64,000 nucleotides of DNA, from the NCBI GenBank assembly GCA_002269645.1, contig NIVC01001597.1, positions 248,001-312,000 of the forward strand, read 5' to 3'. The stretch is from Macrostomum lignano. Its lineage: Eukaryota. Positions 25,840-38,063 of this stretch are shown here, in pieces; position 1 is the first letter of the stretch; every line of letters starts with the position of its first letter. The notes below the pieces were generated by a model, which made no database searches, had not been told where the DNA came from, and saw only the letters and a program-made list of their open reading frames with translations. A program made the translations under genes and the position numbers.

Positions 25840-27380
25840 GGTGTTCTCGACATCAGGATGGACAAAACACAACAGCAAGTCGCTGCAAAGTTCATTGAGA
25901 CTGGCTGACAGTAGATGTATTTATGTTGATTCCCGCTGGAAAAGCTTTTGAATCTCACATCGAGGTAGTGTTTGTTCTAGAAACTGCTGGCGTGCTAGGT
26001 TTGCATTCATCAGAGCATTCTTTATTCGATCGGCAGTAGGCTTCAATTTGCCAGTCGAGGTTGCTGGATTACCAAAAAATGCTTTCTGTGACTCCCACTG
26101 TTCCAGCACATGCTGAACAACAGTCAGCACCTGCAGCCAACGAGTGTCTACTTGCCTAAGGAAAACTTGCTGAGCCAGTTTCATTGCTTCTTGGATCGAT
26201 AGGTAAAGAATAAAAAATACAAAGAGACATAAATTTCACAATTCCACGAATTTCTGGATAGAACAATCTTTGCAAGGTTTAATTGGAAAGGGTATAAGGT
26301 ATTACTTTTTGTAAGTTATTGCGGCGACCAATGTAACAAAAAATCGTAAACATTGTCGAATAGAGCCTCAACCTCACAATCTTCATCGAAGGCACGGACA
26401 GCTTACTGGACACTATTATGTACATAATGCAGACTGCATCCGCCGACATCGACAAGATGAGGCATTTTGGCACGCAACTTCGTCACGAGACCACCATGCG
26501 ATCCTAAATATAGCAGGAAAGCAGCCACTTGTAACCTATAGTCTGCAACTCTGAATGCGAAATACAAATAAATTATGAAGATAATAAACTACTTACTGCT
26601 ATGTATACTTGCCTCGCATGTCATTGCAAGAGTCGGTCATTACTGACATAATATTCTCGGTGGGCAAATTATTGACCTTTAAAACTCTCCTCAACAAAGC
26701 CTTCATGCCTTCAGCAGTTGCTTCCACCAGCTCCTCTGTGCCAATGTGCAACAGTAGGGCCAAGAATGACTAGCCACGACCGATCCCTTTGAGTCTCTTC
26801 ATCCAGCAGGATAGAAAATGGTGCTGCTCTAAGCTTCTGCATCATTTGACATTTTGCATAGGGGCTCAAAGCCTCACAGATCAGGTCGCTTGTCTTTGTT
26901 CTAGCGCAAGCATAGTTTTCAGCAATTTTACTGTCTGGGAAGGCGACAGGGATAACCTTTGCCAGCTCATCTGTGAATGAACTGAAACGAGACATCCTTC
27001 TTTGCAATCAATGAACAAAATCGGAGACAAGCGGCCATTTGTTTGTCAGCATCCGGGTCTCAATCAGATTCTTCATTACAGGAAAAAATATGTAATTATC
27101 TTTTGGCTTTGTTGCCCAAAATTGGACTGCTTGAGATGGTTCGTTGCTGATTTGTGCTTGGCACTGATTACATGCTGGGAAATAACCACTGACTTTTGGC
27201 AACAGTAACCAAATGCTTCGTCTGGCTTCCTGCCTTGATGGTCATCAGCTTGCCGAGACAATTGGCTTATCTCCAAGCCATTGCGATCGTTCTCTTCAGC
27301 CAGGCTTCAGAAAACTTGGTTTTGCGCTGAGCCTGAGTTGATGACGATGAACTTGAAGGCAAAGAAAAGCTCATGAATTT
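25840..27380 (-). pseudogene. hAT-like transposase relic, copy 1
   Basis: Fragments KTKFSEAWL, CCQK...HVISAKHK, FPDSKIAENYACARTK, PFSILLDE, DTRWLQVLTVVQHVLEQWE; heavily interrupted. Confidence 0.7.
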
Positions 27381-27594
27381 GCTTTTGGCTAAAATTAGAA
27401 GCTTTTGAAAGCTTGAAGCATGCAATCTGAATTAAATACATGAGCGAGTACAAGTTAATCCTTTACATGTACGTTGTTGTTTCAACTACCGATTTTTTAA
27501 AAGTCAATAATGAGCATGAAAGACAAGAAAAAAGGTCCATAGCTTCATTTTTGAGCGCAGAAATGACCTCGTAGTAGCGCAGTTGAGCAGAAAA

Positions 27595-27730
27595 AAGTGG
27601 TCAAACTGCACCCAGGTGAACTGAAGCAATCCAGAGTTAAGTGTCTCGCTTAAGGACACAAATTGTTCCAAGTGGGTCGAGAATCGAACCCCTAACCATT
27701 CAGTTGTGAGCCTGACGCTCTAACCCCTCT
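27595..27730 (-). mobile_element. tRNA-derived SINE fragment with CORE-like central domain
   Basis: Minus strand GGTTAGAGCGTCAGGCTC...GGTTCGATTC (B box) then GTGTCCTTAAGCGAGACACTTAAC...TTGCTTCAGTTCACCTGGGTG; duplicate at 32379-32514, partial copy near 49298-49352. Confidence 0.6.
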
Positions 27731-27942
27731 TTAATGATTCTAATGATTCTTTCAAGAAACAACTCACTCCAGTCACTAGACTGTTCCTATTCACTAGCCA
27801 GCACAATCTTTTGATCAGTAGTGCAGTAACTCTTTTCCCAGTGATTTATATACGTACCAATTGTGTCGAAACAATATACTGAATCATAATCCTATACTTA
27901 AATTTATATCCTATTTTCAGTTAAATTCCAACATTCAAAGAA

Positions 27943-29348
27943 ATGTCCAATCCAATTGTATATTTTGATATTGACATTGATGGCAAGCCAGCCGGCCGCA
28001 TAACATTTAAGCTCTATGCTGATATTGTGCCGAAAACTGCTGAGAATTTCCGCGCTCTCTGTACTGGGGAAAAGGGGATTGGTGAGTCAATGACCTACAT
28101 TCCATATGAATGACCTATATGCCAGATGAATGACTCATATGACAGGTGAAAGACCCATATCTCAGGTGAAAGACCCATATCTCAGGTGGATGACCCATAT
28201 CTCAGGTGAATGACCCATATCTCAGGTGAATGATCCATATGACAGGTGAATGACCCATATCTCAGGTGAATGACCCATATCTCAGGTGAATGACCCATAT
28301 CTCAGGTGAACGACCCATATCTCAGGTGAATGAACGATATGATAGGTGAATGACCCATATGATAAGTGAATGATCCATATTACAGGTGAATGACCCGTAT
28401 CTCGGTGAATGACCCATATGACAGGTGAATGATCCATATCTCAGATAAATGACCCATATGTCAGGTGAATGACCCATGTCTCAGGTGAATGACCCATATG
28501 ACAGGTGAATGACCCATATCTCAGATAAATGACCCATATGTCAGGTGAATGACCCATATCTCAGGTGAATGACCCATATGACAGGTGAATGACCCATATT
28601 TCAGATAAATGACCCATATGTCAGGTGAATGACCCATATCTCAGGTGAATGATCCATATGACAGGTGAATGACCCATATCTCAGGTGAATGACCCATATG
28701 GCAGGTGAATGATCCATATCTCAGGTGAATGATCCATATGACAGGTGAATGACCCATATGACAGGTGAATGATCCATATGACAGGTGAATGACCCATATG
28801 ACAGGTGAATGACCCATATCTCAGGTGAATGATCCATATGACAGGTGAATGACCCATATGACAGGTGAATGACCCATATGACAGGTGAATGACCATTCGC
28901 AATTCTCAAATGGCAGGCTGACAGCTGCTCACACTTAGCAGAAAATCAATCGCATTGAATCCCTTCAGGTGAAATCAGCGGCAAGCCGCTGCACTACAAA
29001 AGCAGCAGCTTCCACCGGGTGATCCCGCAGTTCATGTGCCAGGGCGGCGACTTCACCCGCGGCAACGGCACCGGCGGCGAGTCCATCTACGGCGAGAAAT
29101 TCCCCGACGAGAAATTCGCGATTAATCACAGCAAGCCGTTCCTGCTGTCTATGGCCAATGCCGGGCCGAACACGAACGGCAGCCAGTTCTTCATCACTAC
29201 TGTCAGTACTAGATGGCTGGATGGCAAGCACGTGGTATTTGGCGAAGTTGTCAGCGGTGAAGACGTGGTTAAACGCATGGAAAGTCTGGGGTCGGAGTCG
29301 GGTCGAACATCTGCCACGATTTTTATTGCTGACTGTGGACAGTTGTGA
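27943..29348 (+). CDS. Cyclophilin-type PPIase, cytosolic, divergent-loop type, copy 1; exons 27943-28081 and 28969-29348 (172 aa)
   Basis: [47 protein letters not shown]|[28 protein letters not shown]...; GT-AG phase-1 intron. Confidence 0.95.
28090..28895. repeat. 20-bp intronic minisatellite (GAATGACCCATATCTCAGGT)n
   Basis: Direct reading; duplicate at about 32874-33680. Confidence 0.95.
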
Positions 29349-29569
29349 CTGTTTTGTGCAGCTGTGTCTGTTACGATTTGTGAATATTTGCTTGTTTGAG
29401 TTAGGACTAGTAATAATGAAAATAAATCGGAATTATTCAATGTTTTGCATTTTGCGTTTTTTGAAAAACCAGAGTCCCGTTTCCTGATTGTTTTTTTATT
29501 TTTATCGTTAAACATTAAATGCAGAGATTCAGGAGTGTAGCTAGGGACCTTTTATATGGGGGCGTTAGC

Positions 29570-29960
29570 GAGGAGCGCCAGCACCAAGGGGCGCCAGCAC
29601 CAAGGGGCACCAGCACCAAGGGGCGCCAGCACCAAGGGGCGCCAGCACCAAGGGGCGCCAGCACCAAGGGGCGCCAGCACCAAGGGGCGCCAGCACCAAA
29701 GGGCGCCAGCACCAAATGGGGCGCCAGCACCAAAGCGCGCCAGCACCAAATGGGGCACCAGCACCAGGGGGCGCCAGCACCAAGGGGCGCCAGCACCAAA
29801 TGGGGCGCCAGCACCAAATGGGGCGCCAGCACCAAGGGGCGTCAGCACCAAGGGACGCCAGCACCAAATGGGGCGCCAGCACCAAAGCGCGCCAGCACCA
29901 AATGGGGCGCCAGCACCAAAGCGCGCCAGCACCAAATGGGGCGCCAGCACCAGGGGGCGC
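29570..29960. repeat. GC-rich 17-20-bp minisatellite (GCGCCAGCACCAAGGG) behind a TIR-like CAGGAGTGTAGCTAGGG end
   Basis: Direct reading; duplicate at about 34355-34745. Confidence 0.9.
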
Positions 29961-30110
29961 TAGCAGATTTAGAGACAACTTTAGCAACCATTTTTGCCTA
30001 TACTAGCATATCTGCCCAAGCAGAAAATATTTTAAGCATATATGATAAGATTTCTATAGTTTGTTGAAATGAATCAGAAATCGTTAAAAAAGTATTGTTA
30101 ATTATTGCAG

Positions 30111-30288
30111 GCCCTACCGTTTCGTTTGCTAAGCACCGCGGCCAATAAGGCTGGGCGGCCGCAGGTGTTCTTTGATGTTGCCGCCGATGGCAAATCGCTT
30201 GGCCGGGTTATTTTTAGTCTCTATTACGACAAGGTGCCGAAAACGGCCGAGAATTTTAGGGCACTGTGCGCTGGCGACAAGGGTGTTG
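30111..30288 (+). pseudogene. Orphan first coding exon of the mitochondrial-type cyclophilin (truncated by the duplication junction)
   Basis: Identical to 34895-35072; its intron is cut at about 30612, so its own exon 2 is missing. Confidence 0.8.
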
Positions 30289-30618
30289 GTAAGTGCTCAT
30301 GTATCATGGAATGGATTGGTTCTGGGTGGTGACTGAGGCATCTGGGTGGTGACTGAGGCATCTGGATGGTGACTGAGGCATCAGGTTGGTGACTGAGGCA
30401 TCAAGTTAGTGACTGAGGCATCTGGGTGGTGACTGAGGCATCTGGGTGGTGACTGAGGCATCAAGTTAGTGACTGAGGCATCTGGGTGGTGACTGAGGCA
30501 TCTGGGTGGTGACTGATGTATCTGGGTGGTGACTGAGGCATCAGGTTGGTGACTGAGGCATCAAGTTAGTGACTGAGGCATCTGGGTGGTGACTGAGGCA
30601 TCTGGGTGGTGACAGGTG

Positions 30619-32164
30619 GATATGGTGTTCTCGACATCAGGATGGACAAAACACAACAGCAAGTCGCTGCAAAGTTCATTGAGACTGGCTGACAGTAGAT
30701 GTATTTATGTTGATTCCCGCTGGAAAAGCTTTTGAATCTCACATCGAGGTAGTGTTTGTTCTAGAAACTGCTGGCGTGCTAGGTTTGCATTCATCAGAGC
30801 ATTCTTTATTCGATCGGCAGTAGGCTTCAATTTGCCAGTCGAGGTTGCTGGATTACCAAAAAATGCTTTCTGTGACTCCCACTGTTCCAGCACATGCTGA
30901 ACAACAGTCAGCACCTGCAGCCAACGAGTGTCTACTTGCCTAAGGAAAACTTGCTGAGCCAGTTTCATTGCTTCTTGGATCGATAGGTAAAGAATAAAAA
31001 ATACAAAGAGACATAAATTTCACAATTCCACGAATTTCTGGATAGAACAATCTTTGCAAGGTTTAATTGGAAAGGGTATAAGGTATTACTTTTTGTAAGT
31101 TATTGCGGCGACCAATGTAACAAAAAATCGTAAACATTGTCGAATAGAGCCTCAACCTCACAATCTTCATCGAAGGCACGGACAGCTTACTGGACACTAT
31201 TATGTACATAATGCAGACTGCATCCGCCGACATCGACAAGATGAGGCATTTTGGCACGCAACTTCGTCACGAGACCACCATGCGATCCTAAATATAGCAG
31301 GAAAGCAGCCACTTGTAACCTATAGTCTGCAACTCTGAATGCGAAATACAAATAAATTATGAAGATAATAAACTACTTACTGCTATGTATACTTGCCTCG
31401 CATGTCATTGCAAGAGTCGGTCATTACTGACATAATATTCTCGGTGGGCAAATTATTGACCTTTAAAACTCTCCTCAACAAAGCCTTCATGCCTTCAGCA
31501 GTTGCTTCCACCAGCTCCTCTGTGCCAATGTGCAACAGTAGGGCCAAGAATGACTAGCCACGACCGATCCCTTTGAGTCTCTTCATCCAGCAGGATAGAA
31601 AATGGTGCTGCTCTAAGCTTCTGCATCATTTGACATTTTGCATAGGGGCTCAAAGCCTCACAGATCAGGTCGCTTGTCTTTGTTCTAGCGCAAGCATAGT
31701 TTTCAGCAATTTTACTGTCTGGGAAGGCGACAGGGATAACCTTTGCCAGCTCATCTGTGAATGAACTGAAACGAGACATCCTTCTTTGCAATCAATGAAC
31801 AAAATCGGAGACAAGCGGCCATTTGTTTGTCAGCATCCGGGTCTCAATCAGATTCTTCATTACAGGAAAAAATATGTAATTATCTTTTGGCTTTGTTGCC
31901 CAAAATTGGACTGCTTGAGATGGTTCGTTGCTGATTTGTGCTTGGCACTGATTACATGCTGGGAAATAACCACTGACTTTTGGCAACAGTAACCAAATGC
32001 TTCGTCTGGCTTCCTGCCTTGATGGTCATCAGCTTGCCGAGACAATTGGCTTATCTCCAAGCCATTGCGATCGTTCTCTTCAGCCAGGCTTCAGAAAACT
32101 TGGTTTTGCGCTGAGCCTGAGTTGATGACGATGAACTTGAAGGCAAAGAAAAGCTCATGAATTT
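30619..32164 (-). pseudogene. hAT-like transposase relic, copy 2
   Basis: Duplicate of the 25840-27380 region. Confidence 0.7.
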
Positions 32165-32726
32165 GCTTTTGGCTAAAATTAGAAGCTTTTGAAAGCTTGA
32201 AGCATGCAATCTGAATTAAATACATGAGCGAGTACAAGTTAATCCTTTACATGTACGTTGTTGTTTCAACTACCGATTTTTTAAAAGTCAATAATGAGCA
32301 TGAAAGACAAGAAAAAAGGTCCATAGCTTCATTTTTGAGCGCAGAAATGACCTCGTAGTAGCGCAGTTGAGCAGAAAAAAGTGGTCAAACTGCACCCAGG
32401 TGAACTGAAGCAATCCAGAGTTAAGTGTCTCGCTTAAGGACACAAATTGTTCCAAGTGGGTCGAGAATCGAACCCCTAACCATTCAGTTGTGAGCCTGAC
32501 GCTCTAACCCCTCTTTAATGATTCTAATGATTCTTTCAAGAAACAACTCACTCCAGTCACTAGACTGTTCCTATTCACTAGCCAGCACAATCTTTTGATC
32601 AGTAGTGCAGTAACTCTTTTCCCAGTGATTTATATACGTACCAATTGTGTCGAAACAATATACTGAATCATAATCCTATACTTAAATTTATATCCTATTT
32701 TCAGTTAAATTCCAACATTCAAAGAA

Positions 32727-34133
32727 ATGTCCAATCCAATTGTATATTTTGATATTGACATTGATGGCAAGCCAGCCGGCCGCATAACATTTAAGCTCTA
32801 TGCTGATATTGTGCCGAAAACTGCTGAGAATTTCCGCGCTCTCTGTACTGGGGAAAAGGGGATTGGTGAGTCAATGACCTACATTCCATATGAATGACCT
32901 ATATGCCAGATGAATGACTCATATGACAGGTGAAAGACCCATATCTCAGGTGAAAGACCCATATCTCAGGTGGATGACCCATATCTCAGGTGAATGACCC
33001 ATATCTCAGGTGAATGATCCATATGACAGGTGAATGACCCATATCTCAGGTGAATGACCCATATCTCAGGTGAATGACCCATATCTCAGGTGAACGACCC
33101 ATATCTCAGGTGAATGAACGATATGATAGGTGAATGACCCATATGATAAGTGAATGATCCATATTACAGGTGAATGACCCGTATCTCGGGTGAATGACCC
33201 ATATGACAGGTGAATGATCCATATCTCAGATAAATGACCCATATGTCAGGTGAATGACCCATGTCTCAGGTGAATGACCCATATGACAGGTGAATGACCC
33301 ATATCTCAGATAAATGACCCATATGTCAGGTGAATGACCCATATCTCAGGTGAATGACCCATATGACAGGTGAATGACCCATATTTCAGATAAATGACCC
33401 ATATGTCAGGTGAATGACCCATATCTCAGGTGAATGATCCATATGACAGGTGAATGACCCATATCTCAGGTGAATGACCCATATGGCAGGTGAATGATCC
33501 ATATCTCAGGTGAATGATCCATATGACAGGTGAATGACCCATATGACAGGTGAATGATCCATATGACAGGTGAATGACCCATATGACAGGTGAATGACCC
33601 ATATCTCAGGTGAATGATCCATATGACAGGTGAATGACCCATATGACAGGTGAATGACCCATATGACAGGTGAATGACCATTCGCAATTCTCAAATGGCA
33701 GGCTGACAGCTGCTCACACTTAGCAGAAAATCAATCGCATTGAATCCCTTCAGGTGAAATCAGCGGCAAGCCGCTGCACTACAAAAGCAGCAGCTTCCAC
33801 CGGGTGATCCCGCAGTTCATGTGCCAGGGCGGCGACTTCACCCGCGGCAACGGCACCGGCGGCGAGTCCATCTACGGCGAGAAATTCCCCGACGAGAAAT
33901 TCGCGATTAATCACAGCAAGCCGTTCCTGCTGTCTATGGCCAATGCCGGGCCGAACACGAACGGCAGCCAGTTCTTCATCACTACTGTCAGTACTAGATG
34001 GCTGGATGGCAAGCACGTGGTATTTGGCGAAGTTGTCAGCGGTGAAGACGTGGTTAAACGCATGGAAAGTCTGGGGTCGGAGTCGGGTCGAACATCTGCC
34101 ACGATTTTTATTGCTGACTGTGGACAGTTGTGA
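32727..34133 (+). CDS. Cyclophilin-type PPIase, cytosolic, copy 2; exons 32727-32865 and 33754-34133
   Basis: Same coding sequence as copy 1. Confidence 0.93.
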
Positions 34134-34894
34134 CTGTTTTGTGCAGCTGTGTCTGTTACGATTTGTGAATATTTGCTTGTTTGAGTTAGGACTAGTAATA
34201 ATGAAAATAAATCGGAATTATTCAATGTTTTGCATTTTGCGTTTTTTGAAAAACCAGAGTCCCGTTTCCTGATTGTTTTTTTATTTTTATCGTTAAACAT
34301 TAAATGCAGAGATTCAGGAGTGTAGCTAGGGACCTTTTATATGGGGGCGTTAGCGAGGAGCGCCAGCACCAAGGGGCGCCAGCACCAAGGGGCACCAGCA
34401 CCAAGGGGCGCCAGCACCAAGGGGCGCCAGCACCAAGGGGCGCCAGCACCAAGGGCGCCAGCACCAAGGGGCGCCAGCACCAAAGGGCGCCAGCACCAAA
34501 TGGGGCGCCAGCACCAAAGCGCGCCAGCACCAAATGGGGCACCAGCACCAGGGGGCGCCAGCACCAAGGGGCGCCAGCACCAAATGGGGCGCCAGCACCA
34601 AATGGGGCGCCAGCACCAAGGGGCGTCAGCACCAAGGGACGCCAGCACCAAATGGGGCGCCAGCACCAAAGCGCGCCAGCACCAAATGGGGCGCCAGCAC
34701 CAAAGCGCGCCAGCACCAAATGGGGCGCCAGCACCAGGGGGCGCTAGCAGATTTAGAGACAACTTTAGCAACCATTTTTGCCTATACTAGCATATCTGCC
34801 CAAGCAGAAAATATTTTAAGCATATATGATAAGATTTCTATAGTTTGTTGAAATGAATCAGAAATCGTTAAAAAAGTATTGTTAATTATTGCAG

Positions 34895-36514
34895 GCCCTA
34901 CCGTTTCGTTTGCTAAGCACCGCGGCCAATAAGGCTGGGCGGCCGCAGGTGTTCTTTGATGTTGCCGCCGATGGCAAATCGCTTGGCCGGGTTATTTTTA
35001 GTCTCTATTACGACAAGGTGCCGAAAACGGCCGAGAATTTTAGGGCACTGTGCGCTGGCGACAAGGGTGTTGGTAAGTGCTCATGTATCATGGAATGGAT
35101 TGGTTCTGGGTGGTGACTGAGGCATCTGGGTGGTGACTGAGGCATCTGGATGGTGACTGAGGCATCAGGTTGGTGACTGAGGCATCAAGTTAGTGACTGA
35201 GGCATCTGGGTGGTGACTGAGGCATCTGGGTGGTGACTGAGGCATCAAGTTAGTGACTGAGGCATCTGGGTGGTGACTGAGGCATCTGGGTGGTGACTGA
35301 TGTATCTGGGTGGTGACTGAGGCATCAGGTTGGTGACTGAGGCATCAAGTTAGTGACTGAGGCATCTGGGTGGTGACTGAGGCATCTGGGTGGTGACTGA
35401 GGCATCTGGGTGGTGACTGATGTATCTGGGTGGTGACTGAGGCATCAAGTTAGTGACTGAGGCATCTGGGTGGTGACTGAGGCATCTGGGTGGTGACTGA
35501 GGCATCAGGTGGGTGACTGAGGCATCAGGTTGGTGACTGAGGCATCAGGTGGGTGACTGAGGCATCAGGTTGGTGACTGAGGCATCAGGTGGGTGACTGA
35601 GGCATCAGGTGGGTGACTGAGGCATCAGGTGGGTGACTGAGGTATCAGGTTGGTGACTGAGGCATCTGGGTGGTGACTGATGCATCAAGTTAGTGACTGA
35701 GGCATCTGGGTGGTGACTGAGGCATCTGGGTGGTGACTGATGTATCTGGGTGGTGACTGAGGCATCAGGTTGGTGACTGAGGCATCAAGTTAGTGACTGA
35801 GGCATCTGGGTGGTGACTGAAGCATCAGGTTGGTGACTGAAGCATCAGGTTGGTGACTGAGGCATCTGGGTGGTGACTGAGGCATCTGGGTGGTGACTGA
35901 GGCATCTGGGTGGTGACTGAGGCATCAAGTTAGTGACTGAGGCATCTGGGTGGTGACTGAGGCATCTGGGTGGTGACTGAGGCATCAGGTTGTGACTGAT
36001 GCATATGAGTTGTGACTGAGGCATTAGTTTGTGACTGAGGCATCAGTTTGTGACTGAGGCATCAGTTTGTGACTGATGCATATGAGTTGTGACAGAAGTT
36101 TCTATTCTAAAAGAAGTTTCTCTTCAACCTTCAACAGGAAAGAGCGGCATGCCGCTGCACTACAAAAGCAGCAGCTTCCACCGGGTGATCCCGCAGTTCA
36201 TGTGCCAGGGCGGCGACTTCACCCGCGGCAACGGCACCGGCGGCGAGTCCATCTACGGCGAGAAATTCCCCGACGAGAATTTCTCCGTCCGTCACAGCAA
36301 GCCGTTCCTGCTGTCTATGGCCAATGCCGGGCCGAACACGAACGGCAGCCAGTTCTTCATCACTACAGAGAAGACTCCATGGCTGGACGGCAAGCACGTG
36401 GTGTTTGGCGAGGTTGCCACAGGCGAAGACGTGGTTAAGGCTATTGAGAAGCTCGGTTCTCAGTCTGGTCGACCGGCTAAGAAAGTCACGATTGAGGACT
36501 GCGGCGAAGTGTAA
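34895..36514 (+). CDS. Cyclophilin with N-terminal presequence-like extension (cyclophilin D/PPIF-like); exons 34895-35072 and 36138-36514; start codon not found
   Basis: [60 protein letters not shown]|[19 protein letters not shown]...TIEDCGEV*; acceptor TTGCAG at 34894. Confidence 0.9.
35107..36092. repeat. 20-bp intronic minisatellite (GTGACTGAGGCATCTGGGTG)n
   Basis: Direct reading; shorter truncated copy at about 30320-30612. Confidence 0.95.
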
Positions 36515-36877
36515 AACAATGCCAGTTATCATTTTGCTGTTGCTTAAACACTGAGTTTAGACAAAATATACATCTAAGACAGCAAGCTATCTGTTTTTGG
36601 AAATCATGTTTGTTAAAAAAATTAATCATGTTAATTTAATTCTGCTTTAAAAAGTTTTGTCTTTAGTATTTAAGGATAAAAGTGGACAGAGTTATAATTT
36701 ACAAGTTATAAGAGGGACAGTTTAACATTATTCGTTTATCACTACGTGGAGTCTGCAGAAAGGTTGTGATACTCTTGTCTATAGATTCTGAACACATGCC
36801 CGAAATTCAACTATTTTTGGGAAGTCATTGGGAAACGGAAAGTTTCATTTTTATTCGACTAGAAAGGGATTGTCTGT

Positions 36878-38063
36878 CTGCGGCGCTAAAATAAGTGCCT
36901 GCGGCGCCAAAATGAGTGCCTGTGGTGCCAAAATGAGTGGCTGAGGCGGCAAAATGAGTGCCTGTGGTGCCAAAATGAGTGCCTGTGGTGCCAAAATGAG
37001 TGGCTGAGGCGGCAAAATGAGTGCCTGTGGTGCCAAAATGAGTGCCTGTCTGCGGCGCCAAAATGAGTGCCTGTGGTGCCAAAATGAGTGCCTGTCTGCG
37101 GCGCCAAAATGAGTGCCTGTGGTGCCAAAATGAGTGCCTGTCTGCGGCGCCAAAATGAGTGCCTGTGGTGCCAAAATGAGTGCCTGTCTGCGGCGCCAAA
37201 ATGAGTGCCTGTGGTGCCAAAATGAGTGCCTGTCTGCGGCGCCAAAATGAGTGCCTGTGGTGCCAAAATGAGTGCCTGTCTGCGGCGCCAAAATGAGTGC
37301 CTGCGGCGCCAAAAGAGTGCCTGCGGCGCTAAAATGAGTGCCTGTCTGCGGCGCCAAATGAGTGCCTGCAGCGCCAAAATGGGTGCCTGCGGCGCCAAAA
37401 TGAGTGCCTGTGGTGCCAAAATGAGTGCCTGTCTGCGGCGCCAAAAGAGTGCCTGCGGCGCCAAAATGAGTGCCTGTGGTGCCAAAATGAGTGCCTGTCT
37501 GCGGCGCCAAAATGAGTGCCTGCGGCGCCAAAATGAGTGCCTGTGGTGCCAAAATGAGTGCCTGTCTGCGGCGCCAAAATGAGTGCCTGCGGCGCCAAAA
37601 GAGTGCCTGCGGCGCCAAAATGAGTGCCTGCGGCGCCAAAAGAGTGCCTGCGGCGCCAAAATGAGTGCCTGTCTGCGGCGCCAAAAGAGTGCCTGTGGCG
37701 CCAAAATGAGTGCCTGCGGCGCCAAAAGAGTGCCTGCGGCGCCAAAATGAGTGCCTGTCTGCGGCGCCAAAAGAGTGCCTGTGGCGCCAAAATGAGTGCC
37801 TGCAGCGCCAAAATGAGTGCCTGCAGCGCCAAAAGAGTGCCTGCGGCGCCAAAATGAGTGCCTGCGGCGCCAAAAGAGTGCCTGCGGCGCCAAAATGAGT
37901 GCCTGTCTGCGGCGCCAAAAGAGTGCCTGTGGCGCCAAAATGAGTGCCTGCAGCGCCAAAATGAGTGCTATGTGCATTTAGGAATTTTAGAAATCATGTA
38001 CATGTACTGTAGGATTCTTAGCTTTATCCCTCCCCCACTATAAAATCTATGGCGACGCCCCTG
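36878..38063 (+). repeat. 20/24-bp minisatellite (GCGCCAAAATGAGTGCCT..)n ending in a MITE right TIR TGGCGACGCCCCTG
   Basis: About 50 units; TIR at 38050-38063. Confidence 0.9.

Larger units (their letters stand above)
25835..35402. repeat. Direct tandem segmental duplication, unit 4,784 bp (25835-30618 and 30619-35402)
   Basis: Identical ORF sets at offset 4784/4785; junction inside the 20-bp intronic minisatellite at about 30612-30619. Confidence 0.95.

Noticed and set aside
10980-38063. A giant 27-kb transposon bounded by the perfect 14-bp inverted repeats
   Set aside because: Flanks (AGCTAGTA versus GGTTGTAT) show no TSD, and each end has its own matching internal sequence: two partial copies.
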